Below are positions 11,118 through 21,828 of a DNA stretch of 64,000 nucleotides, one piece after another; within the stretch, counting starts at the first letter, position 1; each line of letters starts with the position of its first letter. The stretch comes from an uncultured Chloroflexia bacterium (GTDB lineage: Bacteria > Chloroflexota > Anaerolineae > JAAYZQ01): positions 1,632,001 to 1,696,000 of the forward strand of contig CAVOXA010000010.1 in the NCBI GenBank assembly GCA_963700285.1, given 5' to 3'. The position numbers and the translations under genes are program-made. The notes under the pieces are model-generated. The model did no database searches, was not told the origin of the DNA, and saw nothing but the letters and a program-made list of their open reading frames with translations.

Positions 11118-12674
11118 TCACGTTGCTGAGGCGAAGATGGCATTCCAGTCCTGCTTCATATCCACAACGAGCCAGCCGCGTTTGGGGGCCTCCTTGAGGG
11201 CTTTGACAAGCTTGCCGGTGCTCTTGGTCTTGGCGTCATAGGCATATTCGCGTTCACTATCGGTATGGTGGACGATGAGACCGAAATTGGGGCGCGGGTT
11301 GTCGATCGTGGTGTACTGCAACATCGCGTGGTCGCCGTCGCTGTTTCCACAACATATTACAGGTCGCCGGCCGATAAACTGATGAATGCCGACTGGCTTG
11401 CCCTCCTTGTCGTTGACGAATAAATAGTCGAGTGTCTTTGTCAGCACCGGTCCGCTGTCGCATAGCTCGAATGTCGTCCGCGCTGTTGAGCCGACAACCT
11501 GCTCCGGTGGTATGCCGTAAACGCGCTCAACCCAGACGCGCATAAAGTCGGCGCCGCCACCGGAAACGATAAAGTTCTTGAAGCCATTTGCCCGCAGAAG
11601 GCGCAGGAGTTCCTGCATCGGTTGGTAGGTGAGTTCATCATAGGGCCTGCCAAAGCGCGGATGTTTGGCCGATGTGAGCCATGACTCCACGGCATTACGA
11701 AACTCGTCGGTCGTCATCCCTGCATGAGTGAGTGCCAGGACCTGCATCAGGCCATCGAAGTGTTTGCCTTCCAGGAGTTTTGCAAAATCGCCGGCCAGGG
11801 CGGCTTGAACCATTGGATCCGATGCGAGCTTGGGCTCAGTGAGGATGCGTCGGTTCAGTTCGTCGATGGCAAAGGCTGCCTGAAACGGCATCGGATTCTC
11901 CGGCCAGAGCGTGCCGTCGTTATCGTGCACGGCAATGCGTTCTGCCAGCGGCAAGAAGTCGGGCGATCCTTCCTTTGTCACCCTGGCGATGAACGCGAGA
12001 ATCGCCTGTTTGGCGGGGCCATCGTTCCAGGAGGGCAGCGGATCAATACGGTGGAGGTCATAGAGCTTTTTCTGAGCGACACCGTAATCCCCCACCTGGT
12101 AGAGGCTCACGGATACTGCCCGGAAGGTAAAGGCCTCGAATGGCTCCGCTTTCAGAGCGTCCACAAAGTCACGGGTCCCTATCCCGACGGTCAGATGAGG
12201 GTTGTAGTTCATGCCGGTGCGGGGTCCGACAAAGTTGTTCACATAGTCCACGGTCGGCTGGCTGATCGCCCCGCCGTCGGGGCGGGCCGCAAAGGCTTCG
12301 CCCGTCCCCTGCTCCACAGCGAACGGGGCGACGGCGTCGATGATCCTTTGCTGAAGTCGACGCAGATCCTGGGTCGGTTCGATGACGATTCCCACCAACC
12401 CGAGATTCTGGTAGGCCAGATCATAATAGCCAGTCGCATTGCTTTCCCATTTCATCGACTGCTCTGTACGCAGCACGTCGGCCACAACCTTGGCGACCTC
12501 GTCGAGGTCCGCTGTCCGCACAAACCGCTGGAGAATGGTGATGTGCGGCGCGTGGTTCGCATCCAGGGCGAAACCGTCCGGATAGCTCTCTCGCAGTCGA
12601 GCATTTGTTGCCCGGGCCTTCTCAACCGTGGCAGCATCTGGATCCAGCAGTATGTTGATCGCGATCAAGGTCAT
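11118..12674 (-). CDS. 2H-phosphoesterase (2'-5' RNA ligase-like) domain fused to a HAD-family phosphatase
   Basis: HITI and HLTV HxT motifs in the N-terminal ~205 aa; HAD motifs DNDGTLW, IVSGGG, K, GNSDGD in the C-terminal part. Confidence 0.85.
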   Translation of the reverse strand: MTLIAINILLDPDAATVEKARATNARLRESYPDGFALDANHAPHITILQRFVRTADLDEVAKVVADVLRTEQSMKWESNATGYYDLAYQNLGLVGIVIEPTQDLRRLQQRIIDAVAPFAVEQGTGEAFAARPDGGAISQPTVDYVNNFVGPRTGMNYNPHLTVGIGTRDFVDALKAEPFEAFTFRAVSVSLYQVGDYGVAQKKLYDLHRIDPLPSWNDGPAKQAILAFIARVTKEGSPDFLPLAERIAVHDNDGTLWPENPMPFQAAFAIDELNRRILTEPKLASDPMVQAALAGDFAKLLEGKHFDGLMQVLALTHAGMTTDEFRNAVESWLTSAKHPRFGRPYDELTYQPMQELLRLLRANGFKNFIVSGGGADFMRVWVERVYGIPPEQVVGSTARTTFELCDSGPVLTKTLDYLFVNDKEGKPVGIHQFIGRRPVICCGNSDGDHAMLQYTTIDNPRPNFGLIVHHTDSEREYAYDAKTKSTGKLVKALKEAPKRGWLVVDMKQDWNAIFASAT

Positions 12675-12769
12675 GGCTCTACTCCTTTCCAGGCCGCTTA
12701 TAATGGGTCATCATTTTGTCTCCTTATCAGCACTTGGCAGAGGGTAGAGACCTATACTCTTGGACATAA

Positions 12770-12925
12770 CAGAGTACGCGCGCCGCAGGCGCAACCAGCC
12801 GTGGCCGGCTGCGCCTGGCCCTCGTCCTGCCAGCGCTGGCGATACCCCTCGAGGTCATCGACCGGCGGCGGAAAAGGGTGCAGGTCGTAAAAGTCCTGCA
12901 CGGCATCCCGAGCGTGTGGCTTCTC
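12770..12925 (-). pseudogene. Fragment resembling the N-terminus of a class I SAM methyltransferase
   Basis: DAVQDFYDLHPFPPPVDDLEGYRQRWQDE...AGC in one frame, then lost. Confidence 0.4.
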
Positions 12926-13026
12926 ATGCGATGGTTTTCCCAATCGTCTATCGTCTATTGCACGAGTTATGGAAACTGCAGGTACAACGCACCACAGTGC
13001 GTTGCACCTGACAGTCGCCCCGTCTG

Positions 13027-14566
13027 CTAGTCGATGTTCAAAGCCTGTTCCATCTTGGCCAGGATCTGGTCGATGCCAAAGCTGGCCGGCTTCATGCGCG
13101 GCGGGAATTCCTGGAATGTCTCCAGAAACTGGCGAACCAGAAACTGGGCAGCGTAGGTGATGTAGGCGCGGTCGATCAACCAATCGAAGTAGGTGTTGGA
13201 GGTCACGTCCGCCCGCTCAAAGGGATCGGTGCGCAGGTTAAAGATCTTGGGGACACGCAGGAAGACGAAAGGCTCCATCCATATGGCGGCGGTCCCTTGA
13301 ACGCGCTGCTCGGCAAAGACGATCTTCCAGTTGTCGTAGCGCAAGCGCAACCAGGTCGCCATCATCGGAAAAGTAGACAAAGCCAGGCCGCGGTCCTTTC
13401 TCCTCCTCCCCGGTAAAGTAGGGCAGGAAGTTGTAGCCGTCGACGTGCACTTTGAACTCTTTATCGCCGGCCTGGTGCCCCGTTTTCAGCTTCTCGACAA
13501 TCTCCGGCTCGCCGGCGGCGGCCAGCAGGGTGGGCAGCCAGTCCTGGTGGGCGATGATCTCGTTGGACACGGTGCCGGTCTCGATCTTGCCCGGCCAGCG
13601 AACCATCGCTGGCACGCGGAAGGCGCCTTCCCAGTTGGAGTTCTTTTCGTTGCGAAAGGGAGTCATGGCCGCGTCGGGCCAGGAGTTCATGTGCGGGCCG
13701 TTGTCGGTCGAGTACATGACGATGGTGTCCTCGGCGATGCCCAGCTCATCCAACAGGTCCAGCATCTGGCCGACCTGCTTGTCGTGCTCGACCATGGCGT
13801 CGTGGTAGTAGGACTGCCAGCGCCCTGCCTGGCCGAGGATCTCCTCGGGCGGGTGGACGCGGAAGTGCATCCAGGTGGTGTTGAGCCAGACAAAGAAGGG
13901 CTGGTCATCCTCGTGAGCCCGGGTGATAAAGTCCTTGGCGGCGGCGACAAATTCGGTGTCGCAGGTCTCCATGCGCTTTTTGGTCAGTGGCCCGGTGTCC
14001 TCGATCCTCTGTTTGCCAACGCGGCCCCAGCGTGGATGCTCAGTTGGATCGTCCTCTTCGGTTGCCCAGGAGTGGATAACGCCCCGCGGGCCAAACATCT
14101 TTTTGAAGTTGGGAAAGTCCTCCTCCGGCGGATAGTCGACGTTCTCCGGCTCTTCTTCGGCGTTCAGGTGATAGAGGTTGCCAAAGAACTCGTCAAAGCC
14201 GTGGGCGGTGGGCAGGTACTTGTTCTTGTCGCCAAAGTGGTTCTTGCCAAACTGGCCGGTGGCGTAGCCCAGCGGCTTGAGCAGCTCGGCGATGGTGGCG
14301 TCCTCCGCCTGGAGGCCAATGTCGGCGCCGGGCATGCCCACCTTGGTCAGGCCGGTGCGATAGGGGCTCTGCCCGGTGATGAATGCCGCACGCCCGGCCG
14401 TACAACTCTGCTGGCCGTACGAGTCGGTGAAGCGCATGCCTTCGTCGGCGATGCGGTCGATGTTGGGGGTGCGGTAGCCCATCAACCCGTCGCTGTAGCA
14501 GCTCAGGTTGGTGATGCCGATGTCATCCCCCCAGATGATCAGAATGTTCGGTTTCTTCTCAGCCAT
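13027..14566 (-). CDS. Arylsulfatase (formylglycine-dependent), one frameshift at ~13344
   Basis: KPNILIIWGDD, SCTAGRAAFITG signature, GKNHFG, TDNG, WEGAFRVP. The C-terminus LRYDNWK...FNLRTDPFE continues in another frame. Confidence 0.92.
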
Positions 14567-14649
14567 TGTCCTTTTCACTCCTTTGCTTGGTCTGTTGGGA
14601 CCGCATTTTTCGATCTGTCCCGAGATCCACGGAATCGCCTGCTCAGGGA

Positions 14650-15225
14650 TTATTGCCGGGCCAGGATGCGCCGCATCTCAGCTTCGCTATCTTCGATCAC
14701 ATCGCCACTGACATCAAACGTCACGCTGTGGATCGTACCGGTGAATTCGAAAGGTGTCTGGTAGAAAGGAGCTACCGGCGCACCAGGATCCGCGCCGACG
14801 GTGATCCCTCCCGTCAGCCCCAGGCTGAAGGGCGTCGTGTGGGGGAAATCAGCCTGACCGGCGAGCTTGCCGTCGATGTAGAGCTGCGCGCGGCCGGGAG
14901 TGCCCTTCCCGTTGGCAAAGTCTGGCTGGCCGGTCACTTCGAATTCGAAGCGCAGTTCGTGCTGCCCGGCCGGGACCGGGACGGTGCTCTCCACGTGCAG
15001 GTAGTCGCGGGCGGCGTAATTCTGAACATACTACAGCTTGTTGTCTTTCACATAGAAGGAATACCCGCCATCGACGCCTTCAAAAGAAACCAGCGCGCCT
15101 TGCACACCGCCGGAGGGGATCTCCACATCGGCGGTAATGCTGTGCGTGCGGTTGAGCAAGCGCGGGCCCGCGTTAAAAGGTACAGCCTGCATGTGGGGGT
15201 AGAAGGTATAGCGCGTGCGGTCCTT
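14650..15225 (-). pseudogene. C-terminal fragment of a long arylsulfatase, with an in-frame TAG at 15031-15033
   Basis: RTRYTFYP...NRTHSITADVEIP...GGYSFYVKDNKL*YVQNY...LYIDG...PFEFTGTIHSVTFDV; the catalytic domain is absent. Confidence 0.75.
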
Positions 15226-15420
15226 GGTCGAGTCGAGGCTGGGCCCCACGCCGCGAGCGGCCACCGTCTGCCGGTAGGCGCGGTTGCGGGCACAATGTCG
15301 GGCGTGCGCTTCGGCGATGGCCTCGAGAAGAACGGTCTCCCGTTGAGGCGGCGTCATGGTCCAAAAATCGGTCAGAGCATAGTCGTGCACTGGATTCTCC
15401 TCGGTCACAGAGTATATCAC
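15226..15420 (-). pseudogene. N-terminal fragment resembling a LuxE/acyl-protein synthetase, fused in frame to the sulfatase fragment
   Basis: LLEAIAEAHARHCARNRAYRQTVAARGVGP matches the H-x3-N-x-x-YR start of LuxE/PaaK-like proteins. Confidence 0.4.
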
Positions 15421-15489
15421 CTTCTTGCGCGCAAGGCAAGCGGCAAATGTGGGGTTGGGGACAGGGCTTTGTTCTCTGCGTGGGGAACA

Positions 15490-17290
15490 TCAGTCGTAGC
15501 CCACAGCTCAGTTTCTTCGACGCACAGAGCCTGCCGCATTGCGTCCCTGCCGACTCGTTTTACGGCCGCATGGCCGCCGTCAGCGACGTGCTCTTTCCTG
15601 ACGAAGACCTGGCCATGATGTACTGCCCGGACAATGGCCGCCCGAGTCTACCCCCTTCCTTGATGAACGGCGTGTCGCTCCTGCAGTTCTACGACAACGT
15701 TTCCGATGACGAGGCTGTGGAGCGAACCAAGTTCGACCTGCGCTGGAAAGTGGCTCTGAAGCTGCCCCTTGATTTCCCCGGGTTTCATCCCACCAGCCTG
15801 ACCAAGTATCGCAACCGTCTCATCGAGAATGAGCAAGAGCGCTATGCCTTCGATCGATTCATCGCCGTGGGGCGAGAAGCCGGCTTCATTCCCGACCGGG
15901 TCACCTTGCTCACCGATACGACCAACGTCAAGGGAGCAGGTGCCGTGCAGGATACCTACACCTTGCTGCGCAAAGGGATGCGCAAGCTGCTCAAGGCCGC
16001 GGGTTTCCACCTGCCGAACAAGCGTCAGGGCCTCTCTCCCCAGACACGAACCCTGCTGGAACGCTACGTCGACCAGGACCGCAAGGCTGACATTGACTGG
16101 GCAGACCCCCAACAGCGAGCCGCCGAGCTTCAGGTTCTCTTTGAGGATGCAGAGGCGGTCCTTGACGCTGGCCGCCGAGCAGATCGACGACGACGAGGTT
16201 CGCTATCTGGGCTGGCTCTTGACCAAGATCCTGGGCGACGACCTGGTCGTCGATGATCAAGGCCAGGCCCAGATTGGGCAAGGGACGGCGACGGACCGGA
16301 TCATCAGCATCACCGACCCAGAGATGCGTCACGGACGCAAGAGCAGTGCGCACCTGTTCAACGGCTTCAAGGTCAGCGTGTCCACCGACCAGCACAGCGA
16401 GATGATCTTGGACATCGCCGATGTGACCGCCTCCGGCAGCGATGGTGCTCATCTCCTGCCCATCATCAAGCGCGTGGAAGCCCAGACCGATGTGACGGTG
16501 GAGCGGGCCATCGGCGATGGGGCCTACGGTTCAGGGAAGAACCGAGCGGCCTGTGACAACTATCCCGGCCATGCCGTGGATCTGGTCTCGCCGTTGGCCC
16601 AACCCTCCGACCCTGAGGTGGACAAGTCGGCTTTCGAGATCGACCTGGACGCCCAGACAGCGACCTGTCCCCAAGGTCACACCGTCACGGGCCAACCGGG
16701 CTGGAAAGCAGGATGGGCAACAGACTGTGGCTGTTCACCTTTCCGCGTGCGACGTGTGAAGCCTGTCCGCTGTTCGAGCGCTGTGTGCGCAGCAAGAAGA
16801 CGGGACGCACCGTTCGCACCAGAGCCTACGAAGCCTACCTGCAAGCGGCGCGGCTTCGTCAGCAAACGGAAGAGTTCGACCTGCTCTACCGACTCCGCGC
16901 TGCCGTGGAGCGCAAGATCGCCGAACTGGCCCAGCGTGGTCTCCGTGAGACCCGCTACGTGGGCGAGCCCAAACGGCAGTTACAGCGGCTATGGACAGGA
17001 GCGGCTGTGAACCTGAGGCGCCTGTTCTACCTGGCGGAGGCGCAAAAGGTTGACCTCGGCATGCTTCTGAGCCGTCTCCAGCCACAAAAGACGAGATGGG
17101 CGGCCGTGTAAGACAGAAAGAGAGGCAAGAAACGGCAGAGCACAGGCCGGGAAAGGCCAGCTTCCAGGACCAAAACGACCTCGGAACAGGGCTGGATGAC
17201 CGGCAAGCGGCTCATTACCCGTCGGATTGGTCTCGTGATTCACTTGTCAAGGTACCGATTCCCCCAAAATGGGGGTTATTCAGGAGTCTC
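15490..17290 (+). mobile_element. IS1182-like insertion sequence, left end missing; transposase ~15490-17111 with frameshifts near 16162 and 16710
   Basis: DNGRPSLPP...SDDEAV...DLRWKVAL (DUF772), TDTT, SITDPEMRHGRKS, GDGAYG, CPQG, CEACPLFERC, YRLRAAVERKIAEL. Right end GGGGTTATTCAGGAGTCTC is followed by CTAG. Confidence 0.88.
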
Positions 17291-17346
17291 CTAGGACCTG
17301 GGAAAGCGCCACAGCCCGTAGCCATGGGGGGAAATACCGCCGCAAT

Positions 17347-17414
17347 ATGGGGTGTTTTTTTGCCAAAAGGTAGGGTTTCTCCCCATTGACAGGGAGCATT
17401 TCTTGGGGTATACT
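17347..17414 (+). promoter_or_regulatory. Promoter with upstream conserved regulatory box (copy 1)
   Basis: TTGACA(17386)-N17-TATACT(17409), preceded by ATGGGGTGTTTTTTTGCCAAAAGGTAGGGTTTCTCCCCAT; matches 29217-29263 at 41/47 nt. Confidence 0.75.
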
Positions 17415-17658
17415 GGATATGCTACGATGGCTGGCTCAGAGCCAGCCCGTGATCAGCGTTCTGGGTTCGAACACCGCCCAAGATTTGGTTTGAACCCCTA
17501 GAAGCTTGCTTGCGGCCTGCAGATATCAGTTGCATGCTCCCCAATTGCGACCGAGTGCCTTGGTGATCGGTAGAAAAGAGGAGGTGAAAGATCGCCTACA
17601 AGACCGACCGTTCTAATGGCTCAATATCTCAAATACCATGTAATGACGGAGGCGAACA

Positions 17659-19490
17659 ATGAATCGGACGTTGAACCTATTTGGGCGGCGTGGCCCACGT
17701 CTGCCTGCCACGGTGATCTTGGTATCCGTTCTGCTGGTAGCCCTTGTACCAGTAGCCACCTTTGCACAATCTAGCATGTACCAGATCTACGTCACCGATG
17801 TAGGGGCTGCCCAGTTTACGGTGACATGGGTCACCGACACAGCCACGGATGGCCACGTGGATTGGGGCACGACCACAGCCCTGGGCAATACCGCGTCGGA
17901 TCCGGACACCAGTACCACCATGCACCGGGTGGTGGTCAGCGGATTGTCGGCCACTACCAATTACTACTTCCAGGTGCGTTCCGGGGCGACGACGGACAAC
18001 AATGGCGGCGACTATTACCAGATCACCACGGGTGCCAGTTTGAGTCCACCCTTGCCGGGCAAGATCGTGTGGGGCTATGTGAAGCAGTCGGACGGAACCA
18101 CGCCGGTGGCTGGTGCCCTGGTCTACCTGCAATTGCAGGACAACGATGCCAGCGGTGACGCTGGCACCTCGCAGTGGGTGACAACCGAGACCGATGGGAG
18201 TGGGGTGTGGGCCTACGACCTGAACAACGTGCGCCGGGCTGACGGCAGCGCCTACTTTGGCTTCTCCGACGGAGGCGACAATCTGCGTCTCGTGAGCCAG
18301 GGAGCCATCCAGGGCGTCGAGGGGGAGGATGGCGCGGAACGGATTGAGACCGTACCCATAACATACGATGCCCAGTTTGTGGATGCAACGTTGAGCGGTA
18401 CGCTGAACGGCTCGCCCATCGTCGGCCACGACCACTGGGGCGAGACCTGGACCGGGTCGGGGACAGGCTTGACTCGCCATGTCCTCTGATGGCACAGCCC
18501 TCCGGGGAGAGACGAGCGACACCAGTGGCATTGGCATCGTCGGCGTCGCCGACACTGCCACCGGCCCGAGTATCGGCGTTTGGGGCGTCACCAAGCTCCG
18601 TCGTGGGTCAAGGTGTCTTTGGCTGGGCCAGCAACACTGGCGGCACTGCTGGTGGTCCAGTCCCCAGAGGCGTCTATGGCCAGACAGACTCCAACGTTGG
18701 CATCGGCATCTATGGTTATGCCGGGAACCCAAGCGGCTTCACGACCGGCCTCTTTGGCCACGCCGCGTCGGAAGACGGCCGGGGCCTCATCGGCCTGGCG
18801 GACAACAGCCATCCCACCAAGACGACCATCGGCGTTTGGGGCGTCAGCGGCTCGGGAACGGGCCGGGGCCTGTTCGGCTATGCCAATCACCCCACCGGCG
18901 ACAACGCCGGCGTCTATGGCCAGACCGATTCCACGGGCGGTTGGGCGGGCAAGTTTGTCACCAGTACTGGCAACGGCGTCTACATCTCGGTCCCTGCTGG
19001 CAAAGCGGGTCTCACGATTGTGGGAGCTCCCAAGCCGGCTGTCGTGCGCACCGATGACGGCAGCCGGGAACTGTATGCCGAGGAGTCAGCCGAGGTCTGG
19101 TTCGCCGACTATGGTTTCGGCCAGCTGCAGGATGGCGCCGCAGTGATCACCATCGAACCTATCTTTGCCCAGACGGTGAACCTGGAGCAACCGTACCACG
19201 TCTTTGTCCAGGTCTATGGCGATGCAGAGGTCTATGTCAGCGGGCGGACGCCGGAACAGTTCGAGGTACGGTTGCGAGATGGCGACGCCAATGTCGAGTT
19301 CTCCTACCGGCTGGTGGCCAAGCGGTCAGGCTTTGAGGACCTGCGCCTGGATCGCGCCCCGTGGGCCGACAACGACCCGAACCTGTATCCGGAGCAGGGG
19401 ATGAACTGGACGGATAGGCTCGGTACCGAACTGGCTGTGCCGACAGTCACCGTACCGCAGCAGCTAGAGGCAGCGCCAGAGTCACCCTAG
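17659..19490 (+). CDS. Secreted protein: FN3/purple-acid-phosphatase-N-like + Ig-like module, Gly-rich GVYG repeats, phage-tail-like C-terminal domain (frameshifts ~18478, ~18595)
   Basis: Signal peptide; VTDV...FTVTWVTD...HRVVVSGL...YYFQVRSG; repeated G(V/I/L)(Y/F/W)G units; LYAEESAEVWFADYG...FSYRLVAKRSGFEDLRL. Three consecutive frames tile a single protein. Confidence 0.7.
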
Positions 19491-19939
19491 CCCCGGTATC
19501 TCCTATCCGATACTGTATCAATCCGTGGTGCAGATTGCGGCCTTTTGCGGCAGTCTGTACCACGCTGCAGATTGGTCCGACTGTGGCCTGCCCGCGGAGC
19601 ATAGGACTGGGATGCAGGCTGACGAAGGCTGCCTAAACAGGTACTCCCTTCCAAGTGACCAGAAGATGCCCTCTTCTGGTGTGGTAAAGAAGACAGGGTT
19701 TCACCCATCTTCTTCACCACACCGAGGTACGTGACCGGCCAGGACTCGGCACAGCTACCCAGTTTGATGGCCGAAAAAGTACCGGAACATGCTGGGCCGA
19801 CTGGAAATTCCCCAGCGGTTCCTTGCTTCCTGCCTGATTTCGTACGGCGGCTTTGGTGATCTCCAGACAGGCCCTGGGGCTGGCTGTGGAAGACCTCTGC
19901 GCTGGGTTTGGTACCAGCGGTGTCCTGGAGCAACCAACA

Positions 19940-21178
19940 ATGGCGTGGTTTCGCTTGATCGCTGGACTGTTTATCCTAGGCTGGGCCCTCCTCCCCCTAC
20001 CGGGCTCGGTCCCGAAAGCACGCCTGGGCCGTGCAGCCACGCCCCCAAAACTTGAGCAGTACTGCTCCGACGGTAGCGCGCGGCCTATCTCGACAGCCGA
20101 TCCCCTCATCTCTGACGTCCTGGTGACCAACCGTCGGGATGTTGCTTTCACCGTTACCTGGCGCACCGACGCGGCCAGCACAGGCCGGATCGAGTTTGGG
20201 GAAACCCCGAGCCTGGGTCAGGTGGCCTACGACGACCGGGGCGAGGACGTTGCCTCCAGGGTGCATCATGTGACCCTCACCCGGCTGACACCGGATACGA
20301 CTTACTACTACCGCGTGCATGCTGGCGGTGCGATCTCCCCTGCCGAGGGAGAGCCATACCAAGCCACGACGCTGCCGACGGGCGTACCACCTGTACCCTT
20401 TTTGGCCTATGGTCAGGTGAAAACGTCAGGCGGAGATCCAGCCGAGGGTGCGCTGGTACGAGTCCGGCTGTTGGACGCGGGTGGGGGACAATCAGAGCCG
20501 TTGTCCAAGTTGGTGGATAGTTATGGTTATTGGTCGCTGAACCTCCCCTTGGCAAGCTGCAGCGGCGTGCAACTGCAGCTTGCAGCCTTCGGCGCCGAAG
20601 GGGGTGTTGCCGAGCTGACCCACGCAGCTTGTGACCTCCGGCCGGCGCCGGCCATGGTGCTGGTGGATGGGTACGAGGTCGCGGTGACGGTAGTAGGCCA
20701 AGGCCGGGTGGAGCACAGGCCAGGCAATCCTTACCAAGCTGGCCAGAAGGCGAGGCTGGAGCCGATCGCTGACCCTGGATGGGCCTTTGCCGGGTGGAGC
20801 GGCCCGGATGCCGGAGACCTGGAGGATCAGGGCGATGGCACCTGGTCGCTGACAGTGGATGACGACAAGGCAGTCACGGCCACCTTTGCCGAAGGACTAT
20901 ACGAGGTGACGGTGACGGTAGTGGGCCAAGGCCGGGTGGAGCATCGGCCAGGCAATCCCTACCGAGCCGGCCAGGAAGCAACGTTGGAGCCTATCCCTGA
21001 CCCAGGGTGGGCCTTTGCCGAGTGGAGTGGTCCGGATGCCGGGGAGCTGGAGGACAATGGCGATGGCACCTGGTCCCTGCCAGTGGATGGAGACAAGGCA
21101 GTCACGGCAATTTTTGGGCGGGATGAGTACTCCTTTGACATCTATTTGCCATTGATCGGGCGAGAGGATCAGCGATGA
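19940..21178 (+). CDS. Secreted protein: FN3-like + Ig-like module, two InlB-B-like repeats, YLP tail
   Basis: GGAG RBS, signal peptide, ISDVLVTNRRDVAFTVTW module, two 76-aa repeats, tail IYLPLIGREDQR. Confidence 0.8.
   Translation: MAWFRLIAGLFILGWALLPLPGSVPKARLGRAATPPKLEQYCSDGSARPISTADPLISDVLVTNRRDVAFTVTWRTDAASTGRIEFGETPSLGQVAYDDRGEDVASRVHHVTLTRLTPDTTYYYRVHAGGAISPAEGEPYQATTLPTGVPPVPFLAYGQVKTSGGDPAEGALVRVRLLDAGGGQSEPLSKLVDSYGYWSLNLPLASCSGVQLQLAAFGAEGGVAELTHAACDLRPAPAMVLVDGYEVAVTVVGQGRVEHRPGNPYQAGQKARLEPIADPGWAFAGWSGPDAGDLEDQGDGTWSLTVDDDKAVTATFAEGLYEVTVTVVGQGRVEHRPGNPYRAGQEATLEPIPDPGWAFAEWSGPDAGELEDNGDGTWSLPVDGDKAVTAIFGRDEYSFDIYLPLIGREDQR
20672..21118 (+). repeat. Two tandem 228-bp coding repeats (divergent InlB B-repeat-like)
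   Basis: YEV(A/T)VTVVGQGRVEHRPGNPY...GDGTWSL...KAVTA at 20672 and 20900. Confidence 0.9.
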
Positions 21179-21606
21179 GGTGCAGCAATCCCGAGGTGCA
21201 AGGGGTAGAAGATCTGGTCGGTCCACGCGGACGGACCGCACTGGTGTACCCATCCCGGTCAGCCGTCTACCTGGCCGTCTTGGTACCTTCCAAGACGGCC
21301 GATGACCAGCCAGTTGTGGATGCGCTGGGCCGGGTGTGGCTGGCGAATGAGGGGCATGTACTGAGCGGGGCCAAAGCGGGCAAGGCCTCAGAGCCACTGT
21401 CGACGTTGGTCGACGGCTATGGCTACTGGTCCATGAACCTGCCGGTGGCGGCTTGTGACGACCTAACCCTCAAGCTGCAGGCCATCGGCCGCAGGGGCAG
21501 CGAGGCGGAGCTGATCCAGTCGGCGTGCGAAATTAGGCCGGCGCCGACGGTGATGCTGTCGGAGGAGGGGCCTATCAGCATCTATCTGCCGTTGATCACC
21601 CGTTGA
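21175..21606 (+). pseudogene. Orphan, 5'-degenerate copy of the last domain of the shared C-terminal cassette
   Basis: SEPLSTLVDGYGYWSMNLP...CEIRPAP...IYLPLITR is intact; the upstream part is eroded (KTADDQPVVDALGRVWL vs ETADGQPAVGALVRVWL); no signal peptide. Confidence 0.65.
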
Positions 21607-21828
21607 GGCCTCATTGTATGCCAATGGGTGGGTGGGGGAGTGGGCAGAGGAAGGCCATGAGGTTTAAAAGGGTCGGAGGCCCGGAGGCTGGGGTTCAGAC
21701 CGTCTCTGAGGTCGTGGAGAGCTCAGGATGATCGTACCAGATGCCAGAGGATGCCCAACATCGTGCTTATTAGAATTGAGGCCATCCTGTACGTCATGTT
21801 GGAGAATCGACAGGGAGGAGCTTGTGAA

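Noticed and set aside
15031-15033. In-frame TAG as possible pyrrolysine or readthrough
   Set aside because: It lies in a sulfatase fragment that already lacks its catalytic domain; a simple nonsense change is more parsimonious.
16155-16720. Programmed frameshifting in the IS transposase
   Set aside because: IS1182-type transposases are single-ORF, no slippery heptamer is evident, and the shifts resemble the other scattered indels.
17463-17472. GGGTTCGAAC resembling a tRNA T-loop
   Set aside because: No cloverleaf, D-arm or acceptor stem could be built around it.
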